From Squalus acanthias (lineage: Eukaryota): 64,000 bases of DNA. A program made the translations under genes and the position numbers. The notes beneath the pieces are model-generated. The model was not told the origin of the DNA and ran no database searches. It was given only the letters and a program-made list of their open reading frames with translations. The number at the start of each line of letters is the position of its first letter. Position 1 is the stretch's first letter. Below, in pieces: positions 12,143-25,964 of the stretch. Location of the stretch: contig JASTWF010000436.1 of the NCBI GenBank assembly GCA_030390025.1, positions 62,001-126,000 on the forward strand, read 5' to 3'.

Positions 12143-15100
12143 CTTCTTCTTCTTCTTAGGCAATCCCTCGGAACCGAGGATGACTTGTTTCCACATTAAA
12201 AATGAGTTCGCAGGTGACTGGTGAGTCCAATGCGGGACCTGCAGACTCTGTCACAGGTGGGGCAGACGGTGGTTGAAGGGGCAGGTGGCTGGGGTGCTTG
12301 GGTTGACGTGCGCTCCTTACGCTGTTTGCGCTTGGCTTCCGCTTGCTCCCAGCGAAGAGACTCGAGGTATTCGGCGCCTTCCCGGATGCTTCTCCTCCAC
12401 TTTGTGTGGTCTTGGGCCAGGGATTCCCAGGTGTCGGTGGGGATGTTACACTTTTTCAAGGAGGCTTTGAGGGTGTCCTTGAAGCGTTTCCTCTGCCCAC
12501 CTGGGGCTCTCTAGCCGTGCCGGAGCTCTGAGTAGAGCGCTTGTTTAGGGAGTCTCGTATCGGGCATGCGGACAATGTGACCCGTCCATCGGAGCTGATT
12601 GAGCGTGGTCAAAGCTTCGATGCTGGGGATGTTGAACTGAGCAAGAACACTGACGTTGGTGCGCCTATCCTGCCAATAGATTTGCAGGATCTTGCGGAGG
12701 CAGCGTTGGTGGTACCTCTCCAGTGCTTTGAGGTGCCTGCTGTACATGATCCATGTCTCTGAGGCATACAGCAGGGCGGGTATCACTGCTGCTCTGTAGA
12801 CCATGAGCTTAGCGCCGGGTTTGAGGTCCGGGTCTTCAAACACTCTCTTCGTCAGGTGACCGAAGGCTGCACTTGCACACTGAAGGCGGTGTTGGACTTC
12901 GTCGCTGACATCTGCCCTTGTTGACAGTATGCTCCCAAGGTATGGAAAGTGGTCCACGTTTCCAAGGCCTTGTCGTGGATTTTGATAATCGGGGGGCAGT
13001 ATTGTGTGGCGGGGGCAGGTTGGTAGAGGACCTTTGTCTTACGGATGTTTAGTGTAAGGCCCATGCTCTCATACGCTGCGGTGAAGGTGTTGACGATGGT
13101 TTGGAGTTCGACCTCCTAGTGAGCGCAGACGCAAGCGTCGTCTGCATACTGTAATTCGATGACAGAGGATGGAACGACCTTGGATCTGGACTGGAGGCGA
13201 CGGAGGTTGAACAGTTTCACGTTTGTTCTGTAAATTAGCTCCATTCCAGCGGGGAGCTTACTGAGGGTGAGATGGAGCATTGCAGCAAGGAAGACCGAGA
13301 AGAGCGTTGGTGCGATGACACAGCCTTGCTTGACCCCGTTTCGTACGTGAATTGGGTCTGTGGTGGAGCCGTTAGCCAGGATCACGGCTTGCATGTCATC
13401 GTGAAGCTGGCGGAGGATGGTGACAAACTTTTGAGGGCAGTCGAATTTGCGAAGGACACTCCATAATCCCTCACGGTTGACAGTGTCGAAGGCCTTTGTG
13501 AGGTCAAAGAAGGCCATGTACAGCGGTTGGTGCAGTTCCCTGCATTTCTCTTGTAATTGACGTGCGGTGAAGATCATGTCCATTGTGCCCCTTAGTGGGC
13601 GGAATCCGCATTGCGACTCTGGAAGGAGCTCTTCGGCCACTGGGTGAAGGCAATTGAGGAGTATTCTTGCAATGACATTCCCTGTGGCAGAAAGCAGGGA
13701 AACTCCTCTGCAATTACCGCAATCGGACTTGTCACCTATCTTGAAGATGGTCACAATTACGGCATCTCTGAGATCCCCTGGCATGCTCTCCTCCTTCCAT
13801 GTAAGAGAAATCAGTTCATGAATTCGCGCCAGTAATGCTTCTCCGCCATGCTTTAGTGCCTCGGCTGGGATTCCATCTGCTCCTGAGGCCTTGTTGTTCT
13901 TCAGTTGTTGGATGGCCTTTTCAACCTCTGGGGTTGTGCTGAGATGCTGGCGGGTAGTTTGCTGCAGGATGGAGTTAAGGACACTCGCGTCGAAGACAGA
14001 GTCGCGGTTAATGAGATATTCGAAGTGCTCCTTCCAGCGGGCACTGACTGCCTCTCTGTCCTTGATGAGTACCTCTCCATTCTTGGCCCGCAGTGGGGTA
14101 GGGCCTTGGGTACTTGGGCCGTAGATGGTCTTGACTGCGCTAAAGAATCCACGCATGTCATGGTTGTCGGCTAGCTGCTGGATCTCCTGCGCTCTCTCCA
14201 CCGACCATCTGTCCTTTAGGTCGCGAGTTTTTTGTTGGACCTCGGCCTTCAGGCGTCTGTAGAGCTGCTTTCTTGCTCTCGAGGTCTGTTGCTGTTTCCA
14301 GATCAGGAATCGCCTTGCGCTTGCGGCTTATTAGCTCCTGGATCTCCTGGTCGTTCTCGTTGAACCAGTCTTGGTGTTTCCTGGTCTAGTGACGGAGCGT
14401 CTCTTCACAGGTGCTGATTATGGAGGGCTTGAGTGCAGACAAGGCGCTGTGAGCACTCTGTGTCTTTGCATCACTGGGAGTCATCAGGTTGTTTGTGAGG
14501 CGCAGGCTGAATAGGGTCTTCTTAGCTGGGTCTTTGAGTGCTCCAGCGTTAATTTTCCTACGGCATTGTTTCTGTTGCCACCGCTGTTTTGGGGCTTCAT
14601 TGATGAAGATGACAGAACGGATTAGGCGGTGGTCTGTCCAGCAGTCTTCAGCTCCTGTCATGGTGCAGGTGATGCGGACCTTCTTGAGGTCACTCGCTCG
14701 GATGATGACGTAGTCCAGCAGGTGCCAGTGCTTGGAGCGAGGTTACTGCCATGAAGCCTTGTACTTGCCTCTCTGACGGAACAAGGTGTTGTTTATGACA
14801 AGGCCATGTTCTAAGCATTTTGACAGGAGGAGGGTACCGTTGGAGTTGGCTTTCCCTACCCCCTCTCTGCCGATCACACCTCCCCAGAGTTCTGTGTCCT
14901 TTCCAACTCTGGCGTTAAAGTCTCCAAGGGGGATCAGCTTGTTGCCCGTTGGGACTCGGGACAGGGATTGTTCGAGCCTGGAGGAGAATTCCTCTTTGGT
15001 CTCGTCTGTGGCTTCCAGTGTTGGGGCATACGCACTGATGACCGTAACGCACTGGTTCCGGTTTAGGGTGAGCCGAAGAGTCATGAGGCGCTCGTTTATA

Positions 15101-15520
15101 CCGCTAGGGGAGTCTCTGAGACGCACAACTAGTTCATTTTTTATGGCGAAGCCTACCCCATGGAGGCGGCATTCTTCTTCAGGTTTCCCTCCAGACAAAG
15201 GTGTAACCACTGCCTTGCTCCTTGAGCTGGCCTTCCCCTGCCCGCTGGGTCTCACTTAGGACGGCGATGTCAATGTTGAAATGTCTGAGCTCCCGGGCAG
15301 CGATAGCCGTACGACGTTCTGGTCTGTCGCTGTTGGGGTTGTCCATGAGGTTCCTGACATTCCAGGTCCCGAACTGCATTTTAAAGGGTGGAAGATGCCT
15401 GTGCGTGAATTATTTTAACGTGAAGTGGACGTTGCACACCAGCTACCACACGGGCTTGACAGAGCAAGGTCTTGTTCCAATGGCAAGGGGATCCAAGACG
15501 ATTGGAGACCAGGGTCTGCT
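12143..15520 (-). mobile_element. RTE-clade LINE, near full-length, frameshifted
   Basis: APE start FGTWNVRNL..DRPERRTA..SET, GDFNARVG, DHRL; RT FFDLTKAFDTV, GVKQGCVIAP, YADD; C-terminal CPTC..H..H; (AAG)n tail seen as (CTT)n at 12143-12157; 5' limit approximate. Confidence 0.92.
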
Positions 15521-16269
15521 TCAACGGTCTAGCCCATACACACAAACATACTCCTACTGTCCTTCTCCCTCCTTCCCGCAGGTCCTCACTGCCTGGGTTT
15601 CGTAGGATGCATTGCGGTCCTCCCGACTTCGCTGTTGGCCCGTGCCGCACCTTCCCTGGGCCCCGTCCCCGCTGCTGGTCCACGCTGTGCCACTTCTGGG
15701 CCTTGACCACGCTGCTGGACTCGTCCTTGCTCCTGGGTCCCGGCCTCAGACATGAATGATGTTGTCTCTCACAGGATCAAATTAGCACTGATATTCTCGC
15801 GATCCCTGGCTCCGAACTCAACTCGCGATCCACTAATCACTAGAGAACTAGTCCAGTGGAGAAGCGTATTCTTGACGGAAGAGAAGTCTGGGAATTTGGG
15901 AGCTAAGTTTAAGTGAAGAGCCAATGCTCACTGAGAACAAAGAACAGGCAGGCAAGCTACTGATTGGATGTGTTATGGGCTGCTGTCTATGATGTGACAC
16001 TCTCCATCACCTCCGATTAAAGCATCTACCCATTGACGAGTTGATGCGTCTCTCCTTTTAAGTGCTGACCGCTTTCTGTATATCATGGAATTCATTATTT
16101 TGCTGTTTGGAGATTATTTGAGAGGTTTTGATGTTGGGTTGTGAGATTCCACCCGTGACCTTTCTTCTTTCACCTTGGAAATTATTGCAGTCTGTAGCTA
16201 ATAATCTATTAAAAAGGGAGACTTCACCATGAGAAAACAAAAATAAAATAATAAATATCGAATTTCAAA

Positions 16270-17291
16270 AGGGTAAGTCTTGATTGACCAAACTCATAGA
16301 ATTTTCTGAACAGGTAAAGGAAAGTTTAGACAAGGTTAATGTAGCAGATGTAATTTATCTTGATTTCCAAAAGGAATTCGATAAGGTGCCAGATAATAGA
16401 CAAATGAATAAGGTTAGAGACAGTGGAGTCAGGGGACAATTAGAAGAATGGATAGCTAGCGGGCTGCAAGACAGAAAGTAGAGAGTAAGGGTAAAGAGTA
16501 ACTATTCAGAGTGTGTAATGTTGGAAAGTGGGGTGTGAAGACCACTGTTGTTCCCAATTTATATTAATGATTTAGAATTTGGAACTAAAAGCACAATTTC
16601 TAAATTTGCAGAGGACACCAAGTTGAACGGTGGGGGTATAGTCAAGACTGAGGAGGACTGCAACAAATTACAAGACAACATGAATACATTTGCAGAATGG
16701 GCATATAATTGGCAAAACAATTTCAACAGAGATAGTTGCTCCAGGATACTTAATATTTTGAAGAGATAGGCAAAATGGAAAAGGAGAGTAGTAGACCTGA
16801 CAATAATGGATTGGTTAAAGACAGTAGAGAGAAAGGATCTTACCTCGGAAAATCAAGATGTAGAATCAGTTTGGGTGAAGCTGAGAAACAGCAAGGGGCA
16901 GAGAACCATGGTGGGACTAGTTCATAAGCCCCCTAACAGTAGCTGTCGTGTCGGTCAAAGTATAATTCAACAAAATAGAGGTGCATGTAACAAGGATAAT
17001 TAAGCAAAAGACATACAAAAAATTGATGAAGAAAAAGAAAAGAGAATATGAGAGTAAGCTAGCAAGAGACATACAGACAGATTGTAATCGCTTCCATAGA
17101 TATGTAAAAATGAAGAGATTAGCGAAAATAAACGTGTATCCCTTCGAGGCACTGCCAGCAGAAATTATAATATGGAATAAGGAAATGGCAGAGACATTAA
17201 ACAAATACTTTGTATCTGTCTTCAGGTTAGAAGACACAGCTAACACTCCGGCAATAGTGGGGAACCAAGGGTCTAGCAAAAATGAGGAATA
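16270..17291 (+). mobile_element. CR1 ORF2 fragments (host of the nested CR1, left part)
   Basis: EYESKLARDIQTDC...YFVSVF...GNQGSSKNEE, which continues at 21496. Confidence 0.8.
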
Positions 17292-18438
17292 CATAGAAAC
17301 ATAGAAGATAGGAGCAGGAGTAGGCCATTCGGCCCCTCGAGCCTGCTCCGCCATGCGATGAGATCATGGCTTATCATCCAAACTCAGTACCCTGTACCTG
17401 CCTTCTCCCCATATTCCTTGATACCTTTAGCTTTAAGAAATATATCTAACTCATTCTTGAATATATTTAATGACTTGGCCTCAACTACATTCTGTGGTAG
17501 AGAATTCCACAGGTTCACCACTCTCTGGGTGAAGAAATTCTTCCTCATTTCTGTCCTAAATGGCTTATCCGTTATCCTTAGATTATGGCCCCTGGTTCTG
17601 GACTCTCCGACCATCGGGAACATTCTTCCTGCATCTAGTTTGTCCAGACCTGTCAGAATTTTGTATGTTTCGAAGAGATCCCCTCTCATTCTTCTATACT
17701 CCAGCGAGTATAATCCCAATCGACCCAATCTCTCCTCATATGTCATTCCTGCCATCCCAGGTATCAGCCTTGTGAATCTTCGCTGAACTCCTTCGATGGC
17801 AAGAACATCCTTCCTCAGATAAGGCGACCAAAACTGCACACAGTACTCAAGGTGTGGTCTCACCAAGGCCCTGTAGAACTGCAGCAGGACACCCCTGTTC
17901 CTATACTCAAACCCTTTCACTATGAAGGCCAACATATCATTTGCCTTCTTCACCGCCTGCTGCACCAGCATGCTTACTTTCAGCGACTGGTGCACAAGGA
18001 CACCGAGGTCTCGTTGCACTTCCCCTTCTCCCAATCTACTGCCATTCAGATAATAGTCTGCCTTTCTGTTTTTGACACCAAAGTAGATAACCTCGCACTT
18101 ATCCACGTTATATTGCATCTGCCACGATTCTGCCCACTCACCCAACCTGTCCAAATCATCCTGGTGTTTCTAGGTATCCTCTTCGCAGCACACATTCCCA
18201 CCCAGCTTAGTGTCATCTGCAAACTTGGAGATATTACATTTAGTTCCCTTATCTAGATCATTAATGTATATTGTGAATAGCTGGGGTCCAAGGACCGATC
18301 CCTGCGGTACCCCACTAGTCACTGCTTGCCACTCGGAAAAAGACCCATTAATTCCTACTCTCTGCTTTCTGTCCACCAACCAGTTCTCTATCCAAGTCAA
18401 TACCTTGCCCCCAATCCCATGTGCCTTAACTTTACACG

Positions 18439-20235
18439 CTAAATCTTATGCGGGACCTTATCGAAAGCCTTTTGAAAGTCCAAATACACCACATCTACTG
18501 GTTCTCCCTTATCTATTTTCCCAGTTACATCCTCAAAAAATTCCAGTAGATTAGTCAAGCACGATTTACCTTTTGTAAATCCATGTTGACTTTGTCCGAT
18601 CCTGTCACTGTTTTTCAAGTGCTCAGCTATTACCTCCTTTATAATGGACTCTAGCATTTTCCCCAATACTGATGTCAGGCTGTAATTCCCCGCTTTCTCT
18701 CTACCACCCTTTTTGAATAGTGGGGTAACATTAGCTACCCTCCAATCCATGGGTACAGTTCCAGATTCCATCGAATGTTGGAAGATGATCAGCAATGTAT
18801 CTACTATTTCTAGGGCCACTTCCTTAAGTACTCTAGGATGTAGATTATCAGGCCCTGGGGATTTATCGGCCTTCAATCCCGTCAATTTCCCTAACAACAT
18901 TTCCCTGCAAATATTGATTTCTTTCAGTTCCTCGCTTTCATCAGACTGTATGTTCTCCAACATCTCTGGGAGGTTATTTGTGTCCTCCTTTGTGAAGACA
19001 GAACCAAAATATGCATTTAATTGGTCTGCCATTTCTTTGTTCCCCATTATAACTTCCCCCGCTTCTGACTGCAAGGGACCTACACTTGATTTCACTAATC
19101 TTTTTCTCTTCACATATCTATAAAAGCTCTTACAGTCAGTTTTTATGTTCCCAGCAAGCTTACTTTCATATTCTATTTTCCCCTTCTTAATTAATCCCTT
19201 TGTCCTCCTTTGTTGAATCCTAAACTGCTCCCAATCCTCAGGGCTACCGCTTTTTCTGGCCAATTTATATGCCCTCTCCTTGGATCTTATGTTATCCCTA
19301 ATTTCCCTTGTTAGCCACGGTTGAGTCACCCTTTTTGTTTTATTCTTATGCCACACTAGGATGAACAAATTCTGTAGTTCATCCATGCAGTCTTTGAATG
19401 TTTGCCATTGCCTATCCACCGTCAACCCCTTGAGTGACATTTCCCAGTCAATCCTACCCAATTCGCGCCTCATACCATCGTAGTTTCCTTTATTTAAATT
19501 CAGGACCCTAGTCTCTGATTCAACTACTTCACTCTCCATCCTAATGAAGAATTCTATCATATTATGATCACTCTGACCCAAGGGGCCTCGTACAACAAGA
19601 CTGCTAATTAATCCTTTCTTGTTACATAATACCCAGTCTAAGATGGCCTGATCTCTGGTTGGTTCCTCGACATATTGTTCCAGAAAACCATCTCGTAAAC
19701 ATTTTAGGAATTCCTCCTCCACAGTATTTTTACTAATTTGGTTAGCCCAATCTATATGTAAATTAAAGTCACCCATGATGACTGCTGTGCCCTTACTGTA
19801 TGCTTCTCTAATTTCCCTTTTAATGCCGTCCCCAACCTCCGTATTACTGTTTGGAGGTCGATATACCACTCCCACTAACGTTTTCTGCACCTTGTTATTT
19901 CTCAGTTCTACCCATACAGATTCCGCATCATCAGAGCTAATATCCTTCCTTTCTATTGTGTTAATCCCCTCTTTAACCAGCAATGCTACCCCACCTCCCT
20001 TTCTTTTTTGCCCATCTTTCCTAAATATTGAATAACCCTGGATGTTGACTTGATAGCCTTGGCCACCCTTGAGCCATGTTTCTGTAATCCCAATCAAATC
20101 GTATTCATTTACCTCTATTTGCGCAGCTAATTCATCCACCTTGTTCCGACTGCTCCTTGCATTAAGACACAAAGCCTTCAGGCCTGTTTTTTTAACGCTC
20201 TCAGACCTATATGAATTATTATTTACTGTGACCAT
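18439..20235 (-). CDS. CR1 ORF2p N-terminal part (AP endonuclease + start of RT), truncated by a frameshift
   Basis: [45 protein letters not shown]. Confidence 0.88.
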   Translation of the reverse strand: MVTVNNNSYRSESVKKTGLKALCLNARSSRNKVDELAAQIEVNEYDLIGITETWLKGGQGYQVNIQGYSIFRKDGQKRKGGGVALLVKEGINTIERKDISSDDAESVWVELRNNKVQKTLVGVVYRPPNSNTEVGDGIKREIREAYSKGTAVIMGDFNLHIDWANQISKNTVEEEFLKCLRDGFLEQYVEEPTRDQAILDWVLCNKKGLISSLVVRGPLGQSDHNMIEFFIRMESEVVESETRVLNLNKGNYDGMRRELGRIDWEMSLKGLTVDRQWQTFKDCMDELQNLFILVWHKNKTKRVTQPWLTREIRDNIRSKERAYKLARKSGSPEDWEQFRIQQRRTKGLIKKGKIEYESKLAGNIKTDCKSFYRYVKRKRLVKSSVGPLQSEAGEVIMGNKEMADQLNAYFGSVFTKEDTNNLPEMLENIQSDESEELKEINICREMLLGKLTGLKADKSPGPDNLHPRVLKEVALEIVDTLLIIFQHSMESGTVPMDWRVANVTPLFKKGGREKAGNYSLTSVLGKMLESIIKEVIAEHLKNSDRIGQSQHGFTKGKSCLTNLLEFFEDVTGKIDKGEPVDVVYLDFQKAFDKVPHKI

Positions 20236-20357
20236 GTTTGATTTAAACCGTTGAGTTCTTTGCCTTCTTCTTTTGTTTTTCTCCTTCCTGTCTTTTGCTT
20301 TTATCCTTGTTTCCCTTTCCTCTGTCTCCCTGCTCAGGTTCCCAAACCCCTGCCACT

Positions 20358-21308
20358 TTAGTTTAACCCCTCCCCAACAGCACTAGCAGACACTCCCCCT
20401 AGCACATCGGTCCCGGCCCTGCCCAGGTGCAGACTGTCCCGTTTGTACTGGTCCCACCTCCCCCTGAACCGGTTCCAATGTCCAAGGAATTTGAATCTCT
20501 CCCCCTTGCACCATTCCTCTAGCCAGGTATTCATTTGAAATATCCTTCTATTTCTACTCTGACTAGCACGTGGCACTGGTAGCAATCCTGAGATTACTAC
20601 CTTTGAGGTCCTCTTTTTTAATTTACCTCCTAACTCCCTATATTCTGCTTTGAGGACCTCATCCCGTTTTTTACCTATGTCGTTGATGCCTATGTGCACC
20701 ACGACAACTGTCTGTTCGCCCTCCCCCTCCAAAATGTTCTGTAGCCGCTCCGAGACGTACTTGACCCTTGCACCAGGGAGGCAACACACCATCCCGGTGT
20801 CTCGTTTGTGGCCGCAGAAACGCCTATCTATTCCCCTTACAATTGAATCCCCTATCTCTTTAGCTCTTCCACAGTTTTTCCTCCCAGCCTGTGCAGCAGA
20901 GCCACCCATGGTGCCAGGAAGTTGGCTGCTGCCGCCTTCCCCTGATAAGTCATCCCCCCCAACAGCATCCAAAGTGGTATATCTGTTTGAAAGGGGGATG
21001 GCCACAGGGGACCACTGCACTACCTGCCTGCACCTCTTACTCTGCCTGGTGGTCACCCATTCACTTCCTGCCTGTACACCCTTTACCTGCGGTGTGACCA
21101 ACTCGCTAAACGTGTTATCCACGACGTTCTCAGCGTCGCAAATGCTCCAATATGCATCCATCCGCAGCTCCAGCGCCACAATGCGGTCAGTCAGTAGCTG
21201 CAGCTGGATACATTTCCCACACACATGGTCGTCAGGGATACAGGAAGCGTCCCTGATTTCCCACATATAGCAGGAGGAGCATATCACGGCGCCGAGCTCT
21301 CCTGCCAT
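20358..21308 (-). CDS. CR1 ORF1p (zinc finger/leucine zipper + SGNH esterase)
   Basis: 316-aa open frame: CxxC..CxxC then heptad leucines; IGDSIVR, CLPGA, HIGIND and DSLHL SGNH blocks. Confidence 0.85.
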   Translation of the reverse strand: MAGELGAVICSSCYMWEIRDASCIPDDHVCGKCIQLQLLTDRIVALELRMDAYWSICDAENVVDNTFSELVTPQVKGVQAGSEWVTTRQSKRCRQVVQWSPVAIPLSNRYTTLDAVGGDDLSGEGGSSQLPGTMGGSAAQAGRKNCGRAKEIGDSIVRGIDRRFCGHKRDTGMVCCLPGARVKYVSERLQNILEGEGEQTVVVVHIGINDIGKKRDEVLKAEYRELGGKLKKRTSKVVISGLLPVPRASQSRNRRIFQMNTWLEEWCKGERFKFLGHWNRFRGRWDQYKRDSLHLGRAGTDVLGGVSASAVGEGLN

Positions 21309-21495
21309 GACTTACCCTTTAATTAATTAATTAAAATTAAACTAATTGAATCCCACCAATTTAACTTCAATTAAATGATATACGCAAGGGCCCTTGCTTA
21401 ACAGCAGTCCCCGCTACACCACAGAAACTCTAGAAACTATAAACCACAGAATTTAAGTATGGAAAAAAGGAGAAAAAGAGAAATACTCACCAACA

Positions 21496-22721
21496 AATAT
21501 AAAGAAATTAGTATTAGTAAATAAATAGTACTAGTGAAATTCATGGGACTAAAATTCGACAAATCTCCTGGACCTGATGGTCTAAATCCTATTGTTTTAA
21601 AAGAGGTAGCTACATAGATAGCGGATGCATTACTTTTCATGTTCCAGAATTCCCTAGATTCTGGAACGGTCCCCTTGGTTTGTAAGGCAGCAAAAGTAAC
21701 CCTCGCTATTCAAGAAAGCAGGGAGAGAGAAAACACGGAACTATAGGCCAGTTAGCCTGACTTCTGTATTAAGGACAATGTTTGAATCTAATATTAGAGA
21801 CGTGGTAACAGGGCACTTACAAATCATAATATAATTGGATAGAGTCAACGCGGGTTTTATGAAAGGGAAATCATGTTTGACAAATCCGTTAGAGATTGTT
21901 GAGTTTGTAACTAGTAGAGAAGTAAAGGGAAAACAGTGGACTTAGTGAATTTGGACTTAAAAAAAATTTGAGAAGGTGCCACTGAAGTGGTTATTACAAC
22001 AAAATAAAGCTCATGGTATTGGGGGTAATATATTAGCATGGATTGAGCATTGGTTAACGGATAGGAAACAGAGATTAGGAATTAACGGGTCATTTTCGGG
22101 TTGGTAGGCCGTAACTAGTGGGATACCATAAGGATTTGTGCTTGAGCATCAGCTATTTCCAATCTATAATAAGAACATAGATGAGTGGATTGAGTGTTAT
22201 GTATCCAATTTTGCTGATGGTCCAAAGGTAAATGGGAATGTAAGCTGTGAGGAGGATGAAAAGAGGCTGCAAAGGGATAAAGACATTTTAAGTGAGTGGG
22301 CAAGGACATCGCAGATGGAATATAATTTGGAAAAGTGTGAAGTTATCTACTTTTGTAGGAACATTAGAAAAACAAAATATTTTTAAATGGTGGGAGGATG
22401 GGAAAAATTGTTATTCAGAGGGGCTTGGGTGTCATTGTACACGAATCACAGAATGTTAACATGCAGGTACCACAAGCAATTGGGAAAACAAATGATATGT
22501 TAGCCTTCATTACAAAGGGATTGAAGTATAAGAGTAAAGAAGGGGCTTAGTGAGACCACACCTGGAGTACTGTGGAGATCTTTGGTCTCCTTACCTAAGG
22601 AAGGATGTACTTGGCTTAGAGGGAGCGAAACGAAGGTTCACTAGACTGATTCCTGGGATGAGGGGATTGTCCTATGAGGAGAGATTCAGCAGACTTAGAG
22701 TTTAGAAGAATGAGAGGTGAT
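21496..22721 (+). mobile_element. Host CR1 ORF2, right part
   Basis: Resumes as (E)YKEISISK..KSPGPDGLNPIVLKEVA; runs into the gap. Confidence 0.8.
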
Positions 22722-23221
22722 NNNNNNNNNNNNNNNNNNNNNNNNNNNNNNNNNNNNNNNNNNNNNNNNNNNNNNNNNNNNNNNNNNNNNNNNNNNNNNN
22801 NNNNNNNNNNNNNNNNNNNNNNNNNNNNNNNNNNNNNNNNNNNNNNNNNNNNNNNNNNNNNNNNNNNNNNNNNNNNNNNNNNNNNNNNNNNNNNNNNNNN
22901 NNNNNNNNNNNNNNNNNNNNNNNNNNNNNNNNNNNNNNNNNNNNNNNNNNNNNNNNNNNNNNNNNNNNNNNNNNNNNNNNNNNNNNNNNNNNNNNNNNNN
23001 NNNNNNNNNNNNNNNNNNNNNNNNNNNNNNNNNNNNNNNNNNNNNNNNNNNNNNNNNNNNNNNNNNNNNNNNNNNNNNNNNNNNNNNNNNNNNNNNNNNN
23101 NNNNNNNNNNNNNNNNNNNNNNNNNNNNNNNNNNNNNNNNNNNNNNNNNNNNNNNNNNNNNNNNNNNNNNNNNNNNNNNNNNNNNNNNNNNNNNNNNNNN
23201 NNNNNNNNNNNNNNNNNNNNN
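22722..23221. other. Assembly gap (500 N)
   Basis: Run of n. Confidence 1.
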
Positions 23222-23329
23222 CCCCTCCGTCTCCTCTCCTCTCTGTCCCTCCCCTACCCTGCACTCTCTTCCCTCCCCCTCCTGTGAGTTTGAAATCTTT
23301 CAGGATACTTTTCAATGAATACTAAATCA

Positions 23330-23505
23330 GAGAGACAACAGATAGAGAAAGACGTATGTGCAAACAGAAAGAGAGAGAGAAAGAGAGAGAGGGAGCAAAA
23401 GACAGAGACAAAGAAAACGAAAAAGACAGGAACAAGGAGAGAAAAAAAGAGTGAGGGATGGAGAGGGGGGATTGAAAGTGAAACAGGGACGAAGGGCGAG
23501 ACCTT

Positions 23506-23573
<68 letters not shown>

Positions 23574-23790
23574 GATAGGCACAGAGGAGGAGAGAGGTTG
23601 ATACAGAGGCAGAGAGAGAAAGGTAAAATAACAAGAATAGACAGAGAGAGAGAAATGAGAGGGTGGCAAAAGGGAACAGAAAAGAGAAGGATAGAGAGAG
23701 AAGGGTAAAGAGAGAGAGAGAGTGATAGAAAAGGAATAGAGAGTGAGTGCAGGATACAGGGACAGAGAGAACGAAACAGTGTCAAAGGCG
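23330..23790 (+). repeat. GA-rich low-complexity tract with a perfect (GA)n at ~23512-23570
   Basis: Seen directly. Confidence 0.95.
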
Positions 23791-23799
23791 AGATAAAGG

Positions 23800-24840
23800 T
23801 CATAGCTTAAGGAGTCAAGGGACATGTAGCAGAATGGATGGCAAGCTGGCTACAAAACAGAGCACAGCTAATAGTGTTTAAAGGTAGTTAGTCAGACTGG
23901 TGGAAGTTGGCAAGTGGTGTTCCACTGGGATCGGGGCTGAGACCAATGCTGTTCAATATTTACATGAAAGATTTGTACAATTTCTAAACTTGCGGATAAC
24001 ACTAAATTCGGGTTATATTTATTACTGAGGAAGACCACGACACAATACAAGTAGATGTTCATAAACTTGTAGAATGGGTGTGTAAATGGCAACTGAATTT
24101 CGATATAGATAAGTGTAAGGTGGTGCATTTTGGTAGGAGGAATAAGGAGGCGAGATACTATTTGGGAAATAAGAATCTAACTGGGTAGAGGAGCAAAGGG
24201 ACATAGGGGTAAAAATTCACAAATCATTAAAAGTAGCGATGCAAGTTAATAAGGCCATAAAAATGGAAACAAAGCACTGGGGTTAATTTCTAGAGGAGTA
24301 GAATTGAAAAACAGGGAATTTATGTTAAACTTGTACAGAACCGTTGGTTAGACCACACACAGAGTATTGCGTACACTTCTGGTCTCCATATCACAGAAAG
24401 GATATAGAGGCACTGGAGAAGCTGCAAAAATGATTGACAAGGATGGTACCAGAACTGAGAGGTTATAACTATCAAGACAGACTGAACAGGCTGGGGCTCT
24501 GTTCTCTGGAAAAGAGAAGGCTGAGAGGTGACCTGATGGAGGACTTTTTGAGAGGTGACCTGATAGAGAACTTTTAAAATTAAGAAGGGGTTTGATGGGG
24601 TCGAGGTAGAGAAGATGTTACCACTTGTCGAGGATTCCAAAACCAGGGCCCATAAATTATGAGATAGTCACTAGTAAATCCAGTAAAGAATTCAGGAGAA
24701 AACTTTTTACCCAAAGAGTGGTTAGAATGTGGAACTTGCTGCCACGTGGAGTTGATGAGGCGAATAACATTGAAGCCTTAAAGGAGAAGCGAAATAAGCA
24801 CATGGACAGGAATGGAAGGATATGCTGATGGGGGGAGATG
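23800..24840 (+). mobile_element. Degenerate CR1 3' fragment
   Basis: agtggtgttccactggga, tctaaacttgcggataac (KFADD-like), ttcaggagaaaactttttacccaaagagtgg. Confidence 0.8.
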
Positions 24841-25964
24841 AAGTCGCTATTTCTTTTTTCTAAGCACCGCATTAATTCTGTGTCTGTGAATTTCTGGGCA
24901 CAGTTTTCCACATTCTAGCAATACTTTGTTTGAAAAAGTTGTTCCTGGATTCAACTGGAACTGGTTTTATTCAAATTCTAAACATATAAGAATCAGCATG
25001 GAAATATAATTTAAATATTAGTTTATTTGGGTAAGCAAATGCAAAAAATTCAACGTTCCTGACAAGGAAATATCACAGTGAGGTAAAGATTTCTTGGTAC
25101 AAAGTTCAACAGCCAGCACTGGCTAATCAGTGACATCATGTGGGTCCTGATAAACAAAACCAATTACATTGACTGATAGCACGATACCATAAAAAGTTAA
25201 ACTGCTTCGTGACTGTTCAAAAGTACTGTCCCCAGCTCGATTTTATTGTGTTGTTTTGTAGCTTTCCAGATGCCTCCCTGCAGAATCTTATGCAGAAAAT
25301 GGCCATAAATTGCAGTTATGAAATACAAATCTATGTATGCAGGAATAGTGAGTGTTACAATTATTTTTTATCCCATGGTGCTCAGTTGATATCCAGTCCA
25401 AATTAATGGGATGAAAGTCTCTTCGCTGTTGACTGCAGGAGTTCCAATTTGTATGTAAATTGTGTTCGCCCTGTTAAGGCCTTGTTAAACACCAATTCTG
25501 CAAAACTGTACGGCCTGAGCACATTTCAGAATAAAAGCTGGCGAAACTGCGCTTCCTATTCCTGCCCTGCTCAGGGACATAACTATCCTCGTCCTCCAAG
25601 AGACACAATGCAGCGTTAGCTACGACGTCAGGATGCTTGACACTCAGATCCTTTGGCCTCACCTGGCCGTGTACAGAGAACATTACGATCGGAGATATCA
25701 TCTGCAACAATGGTTTTCAACTGATATAGAAAAAAAACCTCCACTCATCCAAGGGTAGAATGAAGGGTTTGCTGGAGTATATGTAGGGTAAGGTCTTGGC
25801 TCAAAAACAAACTGGCAAATTACACAAGGCCGAGATAATCTGATGAAGATTGTAAGGCTTACTAGTATTTCTTGCAGTGAACACCCATTTTAATACTGTA
25901 GAATTGCATTTTGAGTGAATATTTTGAAAGCTACGTCCAGAAATTTGTTATTCGGATCCAGACT

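Larger units (their letters stand above)
17292..21495 (-). mobile_element. Near-full-length CR1 LINE (ORF1 + ORF2) nested in an older CR1
   Basis: ORF1 20358-21308; ORF2 in three frameshifted pieces 18439-20235, 18170-18400 and 17384-18154; (ttctatgt)n tail; candidate 4-bp TSD AATA at 17288-17291 and 21496-21499. Confidence 0.93.

Noticed and set aside
15380-15760. HDV-like ribozyme or ORF in the RTE 5' region
   Set aside because: Plausible for RTE elements, but I could not fold a convincing nested double pseudoknot by eye.
22674-23825. ORFs with X runs and ER/LS repeats
   Set aside because: They span the N gap and the GA microsatellite.
25480-25760. Possible exon or endonuclease relic (ITILVLQETQC)
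   Set aside because: Only one short motif with no supporting frame; cannot be called.
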